DNA of 64,000 bases from a virus: the IMG/VR virus record IMGVR_UViG_3300020139_000001, positions 13,757 to 77,756 of that record. One strand, given 5' to 3'. A program made the translations under genes and the position numbers. Shown here piece by piece: positions 18,599 through 29,557 of this stretch. Each line of letters starts with the position of its first letter. The first letter of the stretch is position 1. The notes under the pieces are model-generated. The model saw only the letters and a list, made by a program, of their open reading frames with translations. It had not been told where the DNA came from and ran no database searches.

Positions 18599-21112
18599 TT
18601 AGCTTACAATAAAGTTCAGCAGAATACGCTCAACCACTCTTGTAGGTTTTATGTAGACGTTCACGTGGAATGTCTTCCGAACTAGCTCGTACTCGTTTGC
18701 ACCTACCTCTACAGAGTACTCGTACAGTCCTCTCCGAGATTGTACATCAGCAAGCACTCCTTCTACAGCCACTCTTGCTCTATTCCAAGTAAAGCTATCA
18801 TTCTGTTCAAAGAGGAACTCACTTAGCGTTCTAGAGATAACCTTTCTGAGGTACAGTATCAATCTCACGATGTTGACATCAGACAACGCAGACTGCTTAC
18901 GTTGAGTAGTTAGTTGGCCGTAGACCATGTATCTCTTATTCTTGTATACTATGGGATTGACTTGGTTGAGATAGAGCAGGTCCAACTCCCCACTAGTTGC
19001 ATTGAACAGCAACTGTTCTGGGGGAGCAATTGTACCTCTCTGTGGACCTGCAGGTGCGAACCATATCTCTGCCACCATATCATTATATGGTATTACTCGT
19101 GAGAGGAAATAGGATGGAGCAAGAGTTACAACTCTACCTTCGAAGGTAGAGTATACTTTTACGAATGGAGTATAGAGAGCACAGAGCCAAGAGTTATAAG
19201 CATATGCACCATTCCTCTCTTCAATTGTCTGGTCTACGTCTATCGTTTTGGGGAGATCGAGTATAGCAAAACAATCTCCTCTAACCTCACACAATTCAAT
19301 AAGAGCATTCTTGATTGGTTTGGAGAATCCTGCATCTAGAACTATAGAGATGTCGTTATCCTCTGAATCGATAACTCTAGGATCATACAAGCCAGTAAGA
19401 GCATTAGCAAAGACTTTGTTCATAACTGAGGGATTTGCATGAATGCCATCGACGGAGATCATACAACCCTCATGTCCTCCTCCAAGTTGTAGTACCTGAC
19501 CACTAATGGCTTTTGAAGTTTGAGCATCGATCAATACGAGCTGTGACACAATCCTATCTAACATGGTAGGTGCAGAGTCAGGATCCAAAGGAACGAACTT
19601 AGTACTAGGAATTGGTACACCATCGTAGTTGTAGTAAGTGGCTATAGGATCGTAGGTAGTTCTAAGCATATTCAGCAATGGACGGTTGCAGTAAACTTGT
19701 ATGTATTTGGAGTACCTATTAACTACATCCTCTATGAAAGTGCTGTTGCCCATACCGTCAACAGCAGTGGGATCAAAGCTAACTGTAAACTTCTCTAGAT
19801 CGATAGAGGACCGTGTAAGTGGATCCTTTGATCCAACAGTGAGTTCAACATGTCCTGGCATACGCGCATCTCTAGAGAAATACACGTACAGATCGTTGTA
19901 GTATTGTCCTCTCCCTTTGGCTGCAATTATGAACACAGGATCAACATACTGTGTACCTTGTAACGTACGAGAGCCATAGCTTGTGTCTAGTACTTGTGAG
20001 GTTGTCTGAAGAGACTGGACATAGTACGTTGTAGTCGCCGTTGCCCTAATGTTGTGATCAATCTTAGTGTCTGTCTCAGGATCTAGGTACTTCTTCCTAG
20101 TTCTGGTAAGGAGGATGGGGCCCGATATGTTGACGACAATAGTAGAGGGAATAGGTATATCCACTAATATAATCACACAGTCTCCACTAGGTCCCTCTTG
20201 CCACTCTCCAGGTCCAAGTTCGTTTCCGTTGAGGAGAACTGTGACTTGTCCTTGTCCAGGAACGAATCTGTTGGACAGGTCAATCGTTGTAGGCGCAGGT
20301 ATAATGTCTCCTTCTGTAAAGGTAAATGTCTCTGTGACAAAGTGTGTTAACTGCTGATGCTCTGCAAGTGTTCTAGTAGGAGTAGCACTAAAGTAGACAG
20401 GTACGTAACGCTCGAAAGGACTACCGATTTCAAGAGTTCTAGCTTGAGGAGTAAGCTTGAATACGGCAACTACTTGTCCTGCGGTATAACTACCAGGTAA
20501 GAAAATCTCATTGGATACCGAACCTTGGCTACCAACAGGGCTCCACTGTACAGGTCCGCTACTGTCTACATATACATGGAACTCACTCTCACCTACAACA
20601 TAGTTCATGTTAGGATTAGAGAAGGTAATGGTGACGCCTTCAGGATAGTTCCGTGTTAATTGAATACTTTCGTTCGCTGCAAATAACTTTTTCTGAAATT
20701 CGAGCCCATCATAGCCGTTAACATCAGAAAATACTCTAATACAGACGATAGCATTTGCAAACGTAGCCGGTTTATCGATCCAATAGTGTGAAGGAGATGT
20801 TGGGTGTGTTAACGTACCTGCGTCTAGTAGTTCTGCGGTGTCCTCAAGTGTAGGTAAGGGACGAATCACATATAAGTTTCCACTGAGACTAAGCCAATTG
20901 AAAGCATTATACAGTGATTGTCCGTACTTCTCAAGATTGGGTGAGCCGAAGTCGTTGATGAGTTCGCTCTGAGAAGCAACAAAGGTTAATGTGTTGTCTA
21001 TACCGTAAGGGGACAGTATAGGAATGAAGCCTACTGTTCCTGGTACGGGAGTTGCAAAAAGAGACTGATCGATGATCTTAGTATATACACCAGGGGCTAT
21101 TTGTGTTGGCAT
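18599..21112 (-). CDS. Contractile tail sheath protein (gp18-like)
   Basis: APGVYTKIID, RGDCFAILD, WFAPAGPQRG, LYLNQVNPI, SALSDVNIVRL, FLFEQND. Confidence 0.95.
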   Translation of the reverse strand: MPTQIAPGVYTKIIDQSLFATPVPGTVGFIPILSPYGIDNTLTFVASQSELINDFGSPNLEKYGQSLYNAFNWLSLSGNLYVIRPLPTLEDTAELLDAGTLTHPTSPSHYWIDKPATFANAIVCIRVFSDVNGYDGLEFQKKLFAANESIQLTRNYPEGVTITFSNPNMNYVVGESEFHVYVDSSGPVQWSPVGSQGSVSNEIFLPGSYTAGQVVAVFKLTPQARTLEIGSPFERYVPVYFSATPTRTLAEHQQLTHFVTETFTFTEGDIIPAPTTIDLSNRFVPGQGQVTVLLNGNELGPGEWQEGPSGDCVIILVDIPIPSTIVVNISGPILLTRTRKKYLDPETDTKIDHNIRATATTTYYVQSLQTTSQVLDTSYGSRTLQGTQYVDPVFIIAAKGRGQYYNDLYVYFSRDARMPGHVELTVGSKDPLTRSSIDLEKFTVSFDPTAVDGMGNSTFIEDVVNRYSKYIQVYCNRPLLNMLRTTYDPIATYYNYDGVPIPSTKFVPLDPDSAPTMLDRIVSQLVLIDAQTSKAISGQVLQLGGGHEGCMISVDGIHANPSVMNKVFANALTGLYDPRVIDSEDNDISIVLDAGFSKPIKNALIELCEVRGDCFAILDLPKTIDVDQTIEERNGAYAYNSWLCALYTPFVKVYSTFEGRVVTLAPSYFLSRVIPYNDMVAEIWFAPAGPQRGTIAPPEQLLFNATSGELDLLYLNQVNPIVYKNKRYMVYGQLTTQRKQSALSDVNIVRLILYLRKVISRTLSEFLFEQNDSFTWNRARVAVEGVLADVQSRRGLYEYSVEVGANEYELVRKTFHVNVYIKPTRVVERILLNFIVS

Positions 21113-21146
21113 CTAGAGAGCACCTCCTTATGATACTTTCTGTTAT

Positions 21147-21152
21147 TTGTTC
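21147..21152 (-). promoter_or_regulatory. Candidate late promoter GAACAA upstream of sheath
   Basis: Motif recurs at unit starts (see findings). Confidence 0.5.
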
Positions 21153-21168
21153 ACTAAAGTAGTAGATA

Positions 21169-21660
21169 CTAGAAGAACAGGTGCCAAAAGATCTTTTGAG
21201 ATCTGGAGGTATCTTTCGTGATGGAGGGGAATGTAATACGTGCAAAGAGTTGAAAGCTCGTAGGGTTAGATAAACTGTTAGTTACAAACAATCCAGCTTC
21301 GCTATATTTAAAGAGAGGAGGTCCATCGGTTGTGCTAATATCCAACGCTATCACAGACTGTAGATCTGTAATATGTGTAACGCTCGTGATAGCTTTCTTC
21401 CTACCACCATCAGGGTAATTAGCATCGAGTACGATGGGTGAATACAAGTCAGTGTCAGATTCTTGTGGTGCTATCGGAATGAGATCGTTACTAGGATCTA
21501 CACCACCGCTACCTATACCAAAGAAGCCGAACTTCCAAGTACGGTAGGTTCCATGATTAGTCACCACATGTTGCGTGAACCTTCGTCCGTGCAGGACAAC
21601 CATATTGTATCCTTCGTATATGAGTTTACCTTCCTCGTATATCTGTACTAAATTCCTCAT
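21169..21660 (-). CDS. Tail-collar/baseplate fibre-attachment protein
   Basis: NMVV..GR, GIGSG, SEAGLF, LFARITFPSITK. Confidence 0.7.
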   Translation of the reverse strand: MRNLVQIYEEGKLIYEGYNMVVLHGRRFTQHVVTNHGTYRTWKFGFFGIGSGGVDPSNDLIPIAPQESDTDLYSPIVLDANYPDGGRKKAITSVTHITDLQSVIALDISTTDGPPLFKYSEAGLFVTNSLSNPTSFQLFARITFPSITKDTSRSQKIFWHLFF

Positions 21661-21676
21661 TCTTTTCCTCCTAAAC

Positions 21677-23974
21677 TTAGTTCTGGAACACTAGGAAGTT
21701 GTATTCGGGTTCTCCGTTCCTATAGCTTTGTATAATCACTAAATCGTCTCCATAACGTGCGTAATAGGATACATCAGAAGAGAACACTAGATCTCTCAAC
21801 ACACGTTGTCCATAGAGATCAAACGATCGTATCCTAAGTTGTACTTCCTCAGGATAAGAGGATGGTGGAGAATCAACTATGGGGTAGTTCACACCATCAC
21901 TTCCTCTTACGTAGCCAACTTGAGGTGCCAATAGTGATTTGATGGATTCAGCAAGTGTAGCTTCCACTAGATGCCATGTCCACGCTTCGTGCCTATAGGT
22001 AGGACCTACTGTTACCTCCGTCTCTGTTTCTGATACTAGAGGCAAGGTTTGGAGAGGAGCATAGTGTGTAGTATCTAGTTCCCATATAGGATAGGCTGTC
22101 CTTTGGTCATGTATGGGATAGGTTCTTGTTGATATATGAGGAAACATTATGTAGGAGCCTTCGTTCAACTGCAAGCCTTGGTTTAAGCTTGTCCAATACT
22201 GATCCAAGTTGTACAGTTCCTGACGAGTTATCTTAGGAAAAGTATAGGGGGCCGAGAGATACTTCTGCTGTCCTACCACTAATGCAGAATCGAAATATAC
22301 CATCTCTTCAATCCTATCGAGAGGTGCTTTAGTTCGTAACCAGTTCTCCACTATATTATCAACTACGAGCCAATACACAGGAATGTCTCCCAAAGGTCTA
22401 GCATACACAGGTTTTAGGAAGTGTACAATCTCTTGGAACCCTCTCAACGTAGGATGCAAGTACACTAAAGCAGATAGGGATAGTGACTGAGCCAACACAC
22501 TTAGTATAGTGCCTATCCAAGAAGAGATTTGTAAGGCTACCTGATCTTTGATCCAAGGATCAGTGATTGTGGAGAACTGAGATTCGATATGCACAAGAAA
22601 GTCCCACACGACAGGACTGAGCCTCTTTACCAATTCCTCGAAGATCTTCCAAGGATCACGATACTGTGGCTTCCAATTCAGTCCCAACTTGTCTATCCAG
22701 AATGGTAAATAGGAGTCAACCTCAACTTGAGTTTGCTCTCTACTCTGTGGAAGCACAACGTTGTAATACTCGTCGTACGTAGTAGATAGTGAAGGTGTAG
22801 GATAACTATCATAAAACAATTGTACCATACTACGAGTTCTCGCGAGTATCAACCAAGCAGGTGCAGACTCAAGAACAACGGCAGCAATTGAATGCAAAAT
22901 AGGATCTTTTTCTGGTGAGTAGCGCTCCCAATGCTGTACTATGTACAGATAAAGGTCAACAGGCTTAACTTGACGTATGGACACTTGATGAGTGTATAAG
23001 AAGTCGGTAATGACCTCATACAAAGATGCATCAGTGAGAGACAACTTCTGCTTGAGTACTTCCAACAATACGTTCCTCGATAGAGGAGCTTCATCGATAG
23101 AGGAGACCTTAGGATAAAAGAGATAGTACAGATGTACGTTCAGATTACCTAAGTCCTCATAAAAGAACTGTACGTCGTTCCATCGAGTGGCGTCATAGTG
23201 ATAGTACTTATTTAGGATGTAGTAGAGTCCCTTACAAAGAAAGACGCATTCGGAGACGCTTAGAAATGTAGGCCAGAATGGTATTGTAATAGACCTAACG
23301 GGTGGATTGCCTGTTTCCAAAGTCTCTAACACTTCCAAGTCTGCAAACACTTGAAGAGTAAGTACTTCAACACAAACATCGAGGAAGTGCATAGGATATA
23401 GTACGGAGAAGTAAGAAGTACGAACAGGAAAACTATGAATAGTGTCTAGTGGTATTCTCCACAGCGGATCTCCCAAAAGTACAGAGGTTGGATACTTGAG
23501 CTCAGGTAGTTTCTCACCTTTATATACTCCCATCAACCAATCGGGGCTAACTAACTCAATCTCAACCAATTGGACTTCTTTCATAGTGTACAAGTAAGCT
23601 ATCAACTGTTCCAGAGTCTCTAGTGTTCCTTTTTGTTTATAGACAGAGGCTAATAATGGTGACAAGCGCTTAACATGTGTATCCTCTAGAGAGGGGGTAG
23701 GTGTGAAGCCGAAACTTCGTAGCCACTCTCGCAAGTAGTCTATTCCGCCTAAGGCCTTACGTGCAGAGAAGTCTGTGATCGTTTTGAGAGTAGCTATCCA
23801 AGTAGCGATGTTGGAAATAAGTGTGGGATTCTCGTAGGAGGGTATAACAAGCTTCTCTTTGATCAGTCTCTCATGAGTGTCTCTATGTATTAGGAACCAA
23901 CGATATATCTCATCGTCCTCTCTAGCTTCCTCTACAGATCTCAACACACGTTTGACAACCTTAGAGAGATCCAT
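21677..23974 (-). CDS. Baseplate wedge protein (gp7/tail protein I-like)
   Basis: LRSFG..VYKQKGT, FLKPVYAR; tail context. Confidence 0.55.
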   Translation of the reverse strand: MDLSKVVKRVLRSVEEAREDDEIYRWFLIHRDTHERLIKEKLVIPSYENPTLISNIATWIATLKTITDFSARKALGGIDYLREWLRSFGFTPTPSLEDTHVKRLSPLLASVYKQKGTLETLEQLIAYLYTMKEVQLVEIELVSPDWLMGVYKGEKLPELKYPTSVLLGDPLWRIPLDTIHSFPVRTSYFSVLYPMHFLDVCVEVLTLQVFADLEVLETLETGNPPVRSITIPFWPTFLSVSECVFLCKGLYYILNKYYHYDATRWNDVQFFYEDLGNLNVHLYYLFYPKVSSIDEAPLSRNVLLEVLKQKLSLTDASLYEVITDFLYTHQVSIRQVKPVDLYLYIVQHWERYSPEKDPILHSIAAVVLESAPAWLILARTRSMVQLFYDSYPTPSLSTTYDEYYNVVLPQSREQTQVEVDSYLPFWIDKLGLNWKPQYRDPWKIFEELVKRLSPVVWDFLVHIESQFSTITDPWIKDQVALQISSWIGTILSVLAQSLSLSALVYLHPTLRGFQEIVHFLKPVYARPLGDIPVYWLVVDNIVENWLRTKAPLDRIEEMVYFDSALVVGQQKYLSAPYTFPKITRQELYNLDQYWTSLNQGLQLNEGSYIMFPHISTRTYPIHDQRTAYPIWELDTTHYAPLQTLPLVSETETEVTVGPTYRHEAWTWHLVEATLAESIKSLLAPQVGYVRGSDGVNYPIVDSPPSSYPEEVQLRIRSFDLYGQRVLRDLVFSSDVSYYARYGDDLVIIQSYRNGEPEYNFLVFQN

Positions 23975-25124
23975 AAATGTCCTCCAGCACCTTTACTCCT
24001 ACACTATACAGAAATAACATCTCTAGCCAATTGCTGGTAGCAGGAGTCTGTGTAGGTAGTTCACGCTGTGTGACCCATAACACATACATGTTGTGGATTT
24101 GCGCCAAAGGATGTGGATCTAAGAGTAGAGACCAATCCTGAGACTGTTGTTGAAGAAGTATCTGATCCGCTAGTGCTGCTACTGAAGCAGAAGTATTAGG
24201 GTACAGAAGATCCCATATTGTAGTTCCTGTAGAAGAGTCCACAGTAATGTATATCCCTCTATTCCACCACCGAGCTAGCACGAACACATCAGGATTACTT
24301 AACACTGACTCCAATGGTCTAACATATTGTGATCCTAGACCTGTAAATGTACATAGTCCTGAAATCACAGACTGTGCTAATTGTGGAGGGTTAAGAGACT
24401 CATAGATTGGCCTTTGTGTAGTAAACCTAGAGGAAAATAGGACCTCACTGACATACAATACATCAAGTACAAAAGGAGGCCAGCAACTCGTGGTTCTATC
24501 CAAAAGCAATAGGAGTGTCTTCTCTAGAGTGGAGAGCATTTCTTGCATCCTCACCCATACAATACTGTCTTGGGGGGAGAGGAAAATGTTGAACCTGTCG
24601 ATGTATACCTTAACTTCCTCCACTTTAGACTCAATTGTACTTACAGGATTGTTGTCCACAATGAGTGTAACTTTGAATGCTTGTAATTGCTCCGTAAACG
24701 GATTGGGAGTGAGGAAGACTGCTGGCTCGACATTCATTACCTGATAGAGCGAACTATCTGAGTACCTGTCCGAGAACACAGGAAATGTTAGGTGGTCATC
24801 TGGTTTGGGGATCACTCCAAACATTGAGAACATTGTGATTGTACTCTGGTCACCTCCTAGTATCACACCTCGAGAGTCAAAAGAGGTTACAGAGTACGTC
24901 ATTACATCGGAGTGAAATACAGGTACACCAATGTATTTTGTAAACCTATTGGGTGAGAGTACGCCGGAAGGTGCAGTGTAACCTGAGCGAGAGGAAGCAT
25001 CAAACACTACAGGACGATTCTGATAATAGTTTACAAAAATAGGAGGGACATATTTTGCAAAGTGTCCTAGCGTTACGGACAAGTATTCCTTGAAGTAGTT
25101 TGCATACCACTCGAAGTTTATCAT
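23961..25124 (-). CDS. Virion structural protein (unknown)
   Basis: Long ORF in tail operon; PKPDDHL..YQV motif. Confidence 0.55.
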   Translation of the reverse strand: MINFEWYANYFKEYLSVTLGHFAKYVPPIFVNYYQNRPVVFDASSRSGYTAPSGVLSPNRFTKYIGVPVFHSDVMTYSVTSFDSRGVILGGDQSTITMFSMFGVIPKPDDHLTFPVFSDRYSDSSLYQVMNVEPAVFLTPNPFTEQLQAFKVTLIVDNNPVSTIESKVEEVKVYIDRFNIFLSPQDSIVWVRMQEMLSTLEKTLLLLLDRTTSCWPPFVLDVLYVSEVLFSSRFTTQRPIYESLNPPQLAQSVISGLCTFTGLGSQYVRPLESVLSNPDVFVLARWWNRGIYITVDSSTGTTIWDLLYPNTSASVAALADQILLQQQSQDWSLLLDPHPLAQIHNMYVLWVTQRELPTQTPATSNWLEMLFLYSVGVKVLEDIYGSL

Positions 25125-25516
25125 GAGCGTACTCTTACGTCGACAGGCAGTACATACGTCTTATCCTCAATCGTGAGGTGTACATTTATCAACAGAGTCT
25201 TCTTCTCTGGATCACTATGTGTTTGTACTTTTGTAACACGTACCCCACTAATCTCAGCATTCAAATCGGTCACCAATTCGGAGGTTAACTGGGCTGGAAG
25301 AGCTTCCTCATAAGGAGCAAACAAATAGTTTAACACAGTGGAGCCAAGCTCTCTCGCTTTAAAGATGGTACCCTTGGGCGTATTGATAAAAACACCGATC
25401 TCATTCTGAATGCGTGTCTTACCTAGTACTAGTGTGTTGAGATTCTCTGGATCCCAATCTAGGTGTACATCCGAAGTATGCAAACTAGATACTTCTTTAG
25501 CAAAGAACAGACTCAT
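25121..25516 (-). CDS. Baseplate wedge gp25-like protein
   Basis: INTPKG...LGS..YLF.P. Confidence 0.8.
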   Translation of the reverse strand: MSLFFAKEVSSLHTSDVHLDWDPENLNTLVLGKTRIQNEIGVFINTPKGTIFKARELGSTVLNYLFAPYEEALPAQLTSELVTDLNAEISGVRVTKVQTHSDPEKKTLLINVHLTIEDKTYVLPVDVRVRS

Positions 25517-25719
25517 TTCAGATCTCCAAAATAAGATTTCAACAGGTTTAAAGCACCTTTCTGCTTCAGGTCAATCTTGCGTCTTAGGAGCCCACCCTTC
25601 TTCGTAAAGGACTGTACCAACCAATAGGGTACCAATTGAGACTTCACCAAACCAACCTCCTCTTCTAGTTTGTTAAGTGACTCAAGCAGCGAGTACGCAG
25701 CAAGTGGTGTCAATTCCAA
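25513..25719 (-). CDS. gp51/GT-like tail assembly chaperone segment (probably a frameshift extension)
   Basis: Weak TTG start without SD; frame is open back into the gp26-like gene end. Confidence 0.5.
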   Translation of the reverse strand: MELTPLAAYSLLESLNKLEEEVGLVKSQLVPYWLVQSFTKKGGLLRRKIDLKQKGALNLLKSYFGDLK

Positions 25720-25783
25720 TGCTATTAGACCAGCGTCAAAGAAATACTGTAACGCAGCTAGTACACTCGTATCCGGTTTCTCG

Positions 25784-26578
25784 CTATACCAAACGCTCCA
25801 ACAGATAGAGAAAAAAGTTAAGCACTTCTGAATGTTCCTCTCCGCACTCAGGACAAGGATACTTGACTTGGAAGCTTACTTGTGGTGGTTCCTTCGGATC
25901 CAGAGCAGAAATTGTAGACACAGGTGCTTGTCCCAACACCTCTTGTAATCTCATGAACCATTCTCTGAGTTTTCCTACAGGAGCAGTACAAGGTGGACGC
26001 TTGAAAGTTCCCATTTCTGAGGATATCTGAATCACCGTTGGAACCTTTAATGAGAATAACGAGAGCTCATCTCTAGACATGTTAGTAAGATCGAGAGACA
26101 GTCCTGTAGTAGCGTAGATGCATAATTGGTCTTCCAACGTGCGATAAGGCCTGAATGTAATGGTGAAGATACGCGAACCTATTGCTAGTTCCAAATCTTG
26201 CTTCTGCGTAAGATCCACCGGTGTGTCCTTATCAAAAGATACCAACAGTTGAGTGTCTAAGTTGACCTTTAGGTTGAAAGATTTCTGCTTATTGGGACAA
26301 GTGAGAGGCAACTGCAGTTCCGGTCCAAAGGTGTCCCTATAAAGTGCAAACACCAAGGCATGTAGATCTTGATCGCTTATGGTACTAACCCACTCCTCGA
26401 ACGTTAGAGACACAGTTATCGATTGATGTATAAGTTTTGCTAACTTTGTGAGGACTACATAGAGATTGGTGTGTTCTAAAAACACACTGCTCTGTAACTC
26501 TACAAGCTGCCGTAGAGTTAGTCCTCTTACCTCGACTCTTTCGTGAGAGGACGGCAACAAAGATTCATACATAGACAC
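25784..26578 (-). CDS. gp26-like baseplate hub / tail assembly chaperone
   Basis: LPSS..VRGLT, D..AL..TFG, CP..CPECG Zn sites, NFF near the C-terminus. Confidence 0.75.
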   Translation of the reverse strand: MSMYESLLPSSHERVEVRGLTLRQLVELQSSVFLEHTNLYVVLTKLAKLIHQSITVSLTFEEWVSTISDQDLHALVFALYRDTFGPELQLPLTCPNKQKSFNLKVNLDTQLLVSFDKDTPVDLTQKQDLELAIGSRIFTITFRPYRTLEDQLCIYATTGLSLDLTNMSRDELSLFSLKVPTVIQISSEMGTFKRPPCTAPVGKLREWFMRLQEVLGQAPVSTISALDPKEPPQVSFQVKYPCPECGEEHSEVLNFFLYLLERLV

Positions 26579-26630
26579 CTCCTATAATGGAGACCGATAC
26601 ACAAAATTGACTCTCAGCTCGAGAAGTCTC

Positions 26631-26801
26631 TTACTTAGACTGTACTTTTGTTCGAAGTATTTCTACTTGTCTTTGTAACGAAGACAGTCTCCTTTGTCTG
26701 CACTTCTCATATTTCTTTACAGTACTCTCTTCTTCACCACAATCAAGACACCTATCGTCATAAGGATTCCAAATAGAAGGACAATTGCTGGTTCGTTTCA
26801 T
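26631..26801 (-). CDS. Small Cys-rich protein
   Basis: AGGAGGT SD; C..CLDC..C. Confidence 0.5.
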   Translation of the reverse strand: MKRTSNCPSIWNPYDDRCLDCGEEESTVKKYEKCRQRRLSSLQRQVEILRTKVQSK

Positions 26802-26811
26802 ACTACACCTC

Positions 26812-27189
26812 CTAAGTTGTTTCACTAGCACTCAATTTATTTACGAACTCAACCATAGGGGAGTTCACACTTATGAACTGTCCACTTACCTCATCTTTGT
26901 AAAAAATCTCACCCAAATACCTTCCGTAAACATCTGTCTTGTAAGATTTGACTACCAACGCAGATCTATGTGACAATAGGCACTCTTCAAGATAGGTTTT
27001 ACACTTTAAACCTGCAAGTTTCTCTTGCTCGCTAACAGGACGATAGATCTCGGGAGTGTTTACTCCTAGTAACCTAAACCGTTGGTTAACACAAACACGA
27101 AAGCCTAGATCTACTAACAAGTCGACCGTATCTCCGTCTACAACTTTCGTAACATCCAAAACCCTATACACATAGCTTACTTCCACCAC
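26812..27189 (-). CDS. Thermonuclease (SNase-like)
   Basis: VVDGDT, RLLGVNTPE, DVYGRYLG. Confidence 0.9.
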   Translation of the reverse strand: MVEVSYVYRVLDVTKVVDGDTVDLLVDLGFRVCVNQRFRLLGVNTPEIYRPVSEQEKLAGLKCKTYLEECLLSHRSALVVKSYKTDVYGRYLGEIFYKDEVSGQFISVNSPMVEFVNKLSASETT

Positions 27190-27331
27190 TTCCTCCCAAT
27201 TGTACTAATAACGTCTGAATAACACCCCACTGGAACCGAATTTGCATTTTATCTATTCGATAAAATCGAATAGATCACACACCGCGGGAAGGAACCTTTA
27301 TATTGGCACTTTTGTAAAATTGTAAAACTAT

Positions 27332-28042
27332 CTAGAAGTCTACTACCTGTTTACCGTTTGCCACGCACCAACATTCGTCTCTCAGTGGATTTCCATTTAT
27401 ATCGGTTACAGGTATATGTGCAGATAGGTAGATCTTTATGTACTCCCCCAAACTACTCCTCAGAATAAAGGGGGAGCCAGCTAGAGTATCGGGATCTGCA
27501 TACTTAAACATTATTTCTATCATCTTATCATCACTTACGTCTGGAATCACATCTATTGGGATCTCCATAGGTATATTTGTCTTCTTTACTAGTTCTCTCA
27601 ACGAATTGTACTCAAGTTTTATGCGGGGTGTGGTAGGTGGGTTTATTCCATCTACGCTCAAGTATACTTCAAACACTAGTCTATTGTCAGCTGTTAGTTT
27701 CAGGTTTTTGGGAAAACGTACAAGTAAGTAGCTTATGATGAATTTCATACCTGGGGAGGGAGCTATGAGGAAAGTACTATCGTTTGGTCCGTTTACCCAA
27801 GAATTTCTATCTCCAAAGTTGTGGGTTACTATTCTTTTATCGTAAAGTTTTATGGGCGTATTGACAAATGGTCGGACAGCTTGCCATTTCTTGTCGTACA
27901 TATCGACTTCAGACTCAAAAACTATACCTTCGCTCGCTTGTACATATAACCTAACCACTCTACCTGCATCTGCAAACAACTCAAGGTTCTTCTGCCTTCT
28001 ATATTCCAATAGAGTGTCAATATCCACTTTAATATATCTCAT
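27332..28042 (-). CDS. Hypothetical (probably virion) protein
   Basis: 236-aa ORF in structural operon. Confidence 0.65.
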   Translation of the reverse strand: MRYIKVDIDTLLEYRRQKNLELFADAGRVVRLYVQASEGIVFESEVDMYDKKWQAVRPFVNTPIKLYDKRIVTHNFGDRNSWVNGPNDSTFLIAPSPGMKFIISYLLVRFPKNLKLTADNRLVFEVYLSVDGINPPTTPRIKLEYNSLRELVKKTNIPMEIPIDVIPDVSDDKMIEIMFKYADPDTLAGSPFILRSSLGEYIKIYLSAHIPVTDINGNPLRDECWCVANGKQVVDF

Positions 28043-28045
28043 TTA

Positions 28046-29398
28046 CTACCCCCATGGTTTATGTCCCTTGACCACCCATAAAGTCTCAATATTCACCTTC
28101 CTCACACTAGAACTACTACTGTCATCTAAGTACATGAAGTTTAACTTTCCACTTTTAGGAACGTGAGCCAAAGCATTGCTCACGTCGAACTCAAACTCGA
28201 TCTTGTTCCTATTGCTAACCTCTACATCAATCAACTTTGACAACAAATTATCATTAGCACCAACAGACACAACCACAATTCTACTACTGCCAGGATCCTG
28301 GTCGAACACGCAAGACAACCTAAGTAGATAAGCGCTATCATTACTACTTACTATAAAGAACATAGACCTGCCGGTACTAGTTAACACTCCAGTATCGTCT
28401 ACACTATACAAAACACCCTCTTTGTATGTTCGTACATTACTACCATGTATATAGCACTTTGCAGAGGTAATTTCTTCCACTCCTATACCGTAATAGTTAC
28501 CTAGTCGTAGTCCACTCTTTCTTATCGGAACGATTCTATAGTCAAAGTCAACATTCAAATTGACGTCAACATAGTCCATCCCATTATCAAACACCATAGG
28601 AGGAGGGAGTACACTTATTGAGCTATAATCTCCACCAAAGTCATACATTCTTACTTTTACACTACCGCTACCCGCGAATGCAACCAAGTAGTCACACCAC
28701 TCCTCATGTTTCGAGTTACCGTCTATACATCTAAACTGAATCTTAGTTATGGCGTTCAGATTCACTATGCCTATATTATCCATACTCGACAAAGCAATCC
28801 TTTTGATCTCCCACGTGTTCGTACTTGATGCAGAAAACATTGCTGATGCCCAATTAACACCATCTCCTATCCTGAATTCCCAAAGGCCGGTGTTATTAGC
28901 ATCAGCAGTTGACCTCCAAGCAAATTCTGCATACTCATAATCTCCCCAATTCTCAGCCACCATTGTCTTTGTAATAGTATCTCCATTACTCTTTTTACCT
29001 GATACTTGAATTCTCAGGCTCTTATCACCATTATACTTAATGTCATTATCTAACGAAATTGGGGTGTTGGTTGCATCCGATGTTACCCAACTACTTCTCA
29101 AGTTCTCATCATCAGTATACTCAAAATCGTCCTTTATGTAAGAAGTTCCAACTCCAGACAAGAATAGGTTCAAACAATTTATGTTATCACTGCTTGCTCT
29201 GAAAACCTGTACAAACCTACTTGGAGGACTTACTCCGTACTCCAATACTCCGACGACAGAGTCGGAGTGTAACATGCTCTCCGTTACTCTGCTTACCTCG
29301 ATCTTTGTACTAACTGTAGCACCACGATAGGGTACACTTATCGTGGTGCTACTGTAGAAGCTCTCAGTATTGGGGAAAGGATATAACATGTCGTTCAC
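28046..29398 (-). CDS. Virion protein with carbohydrate-binding (CBM11/CIA30-like) domain
   Basis: DDFE..W, NWGDYEYAEFAW, WEIKRIALSS, NLNAITKIQF, WCDYL. Confidence 0.6.
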   Translation of the reverse strand: MNDMLYPFPNTESFYSSTTISVPYRGATVSTKIEVSRVTESMLHSDSVVGVLEYGVSPPSRFVQVFRASSDNINCLNLFLSGVGTSYIKDDFEYTDDENLRSSWVTSDATNTPISLDNDIKYNGDKSLRIQVSGKKSNGDTITKTMVAENWGDYEYAEFAWRSTADANNTGLWEFRIGDGVNWASAMFSASSTNTWEIKRIALSSMDNIGIVNLNAITKIQFRCIDGNSKHEEWCDYLVAFAGSGSVKVRMYDFGGDYSSISVLPPPMVFDNGMDYVDVNLNVDFDYRIVPIRKSGLRLGNYYGIGVEEITSAKCYIHGSNVRTYKEGVLYSVDDTGVLTSTGRSMFFIVSSNDSAYLLRLSCVFDQDPGSSRIVVVSVGANDNLLSKLIDVEVSNRNKIEFEFDVSNALAHVPKSGKLNFMYLDDSSSSSVRKVNIETLWVVKGHKPWG

Positions 29399-29557
29399 AC
29401 CTAAAAGAATTTTCTTTGTACATCTAAGTGATTAGTCTGTCCACCTTCTTCTAATTCTTAACAGAAAACTTATTAACTCCGTACAACAACGTGATCAGTC
29501 CAACAACACCAACAGGTACAAAACTCTCTCCTTCCATCCTCCCAAACTGTAACCTCA

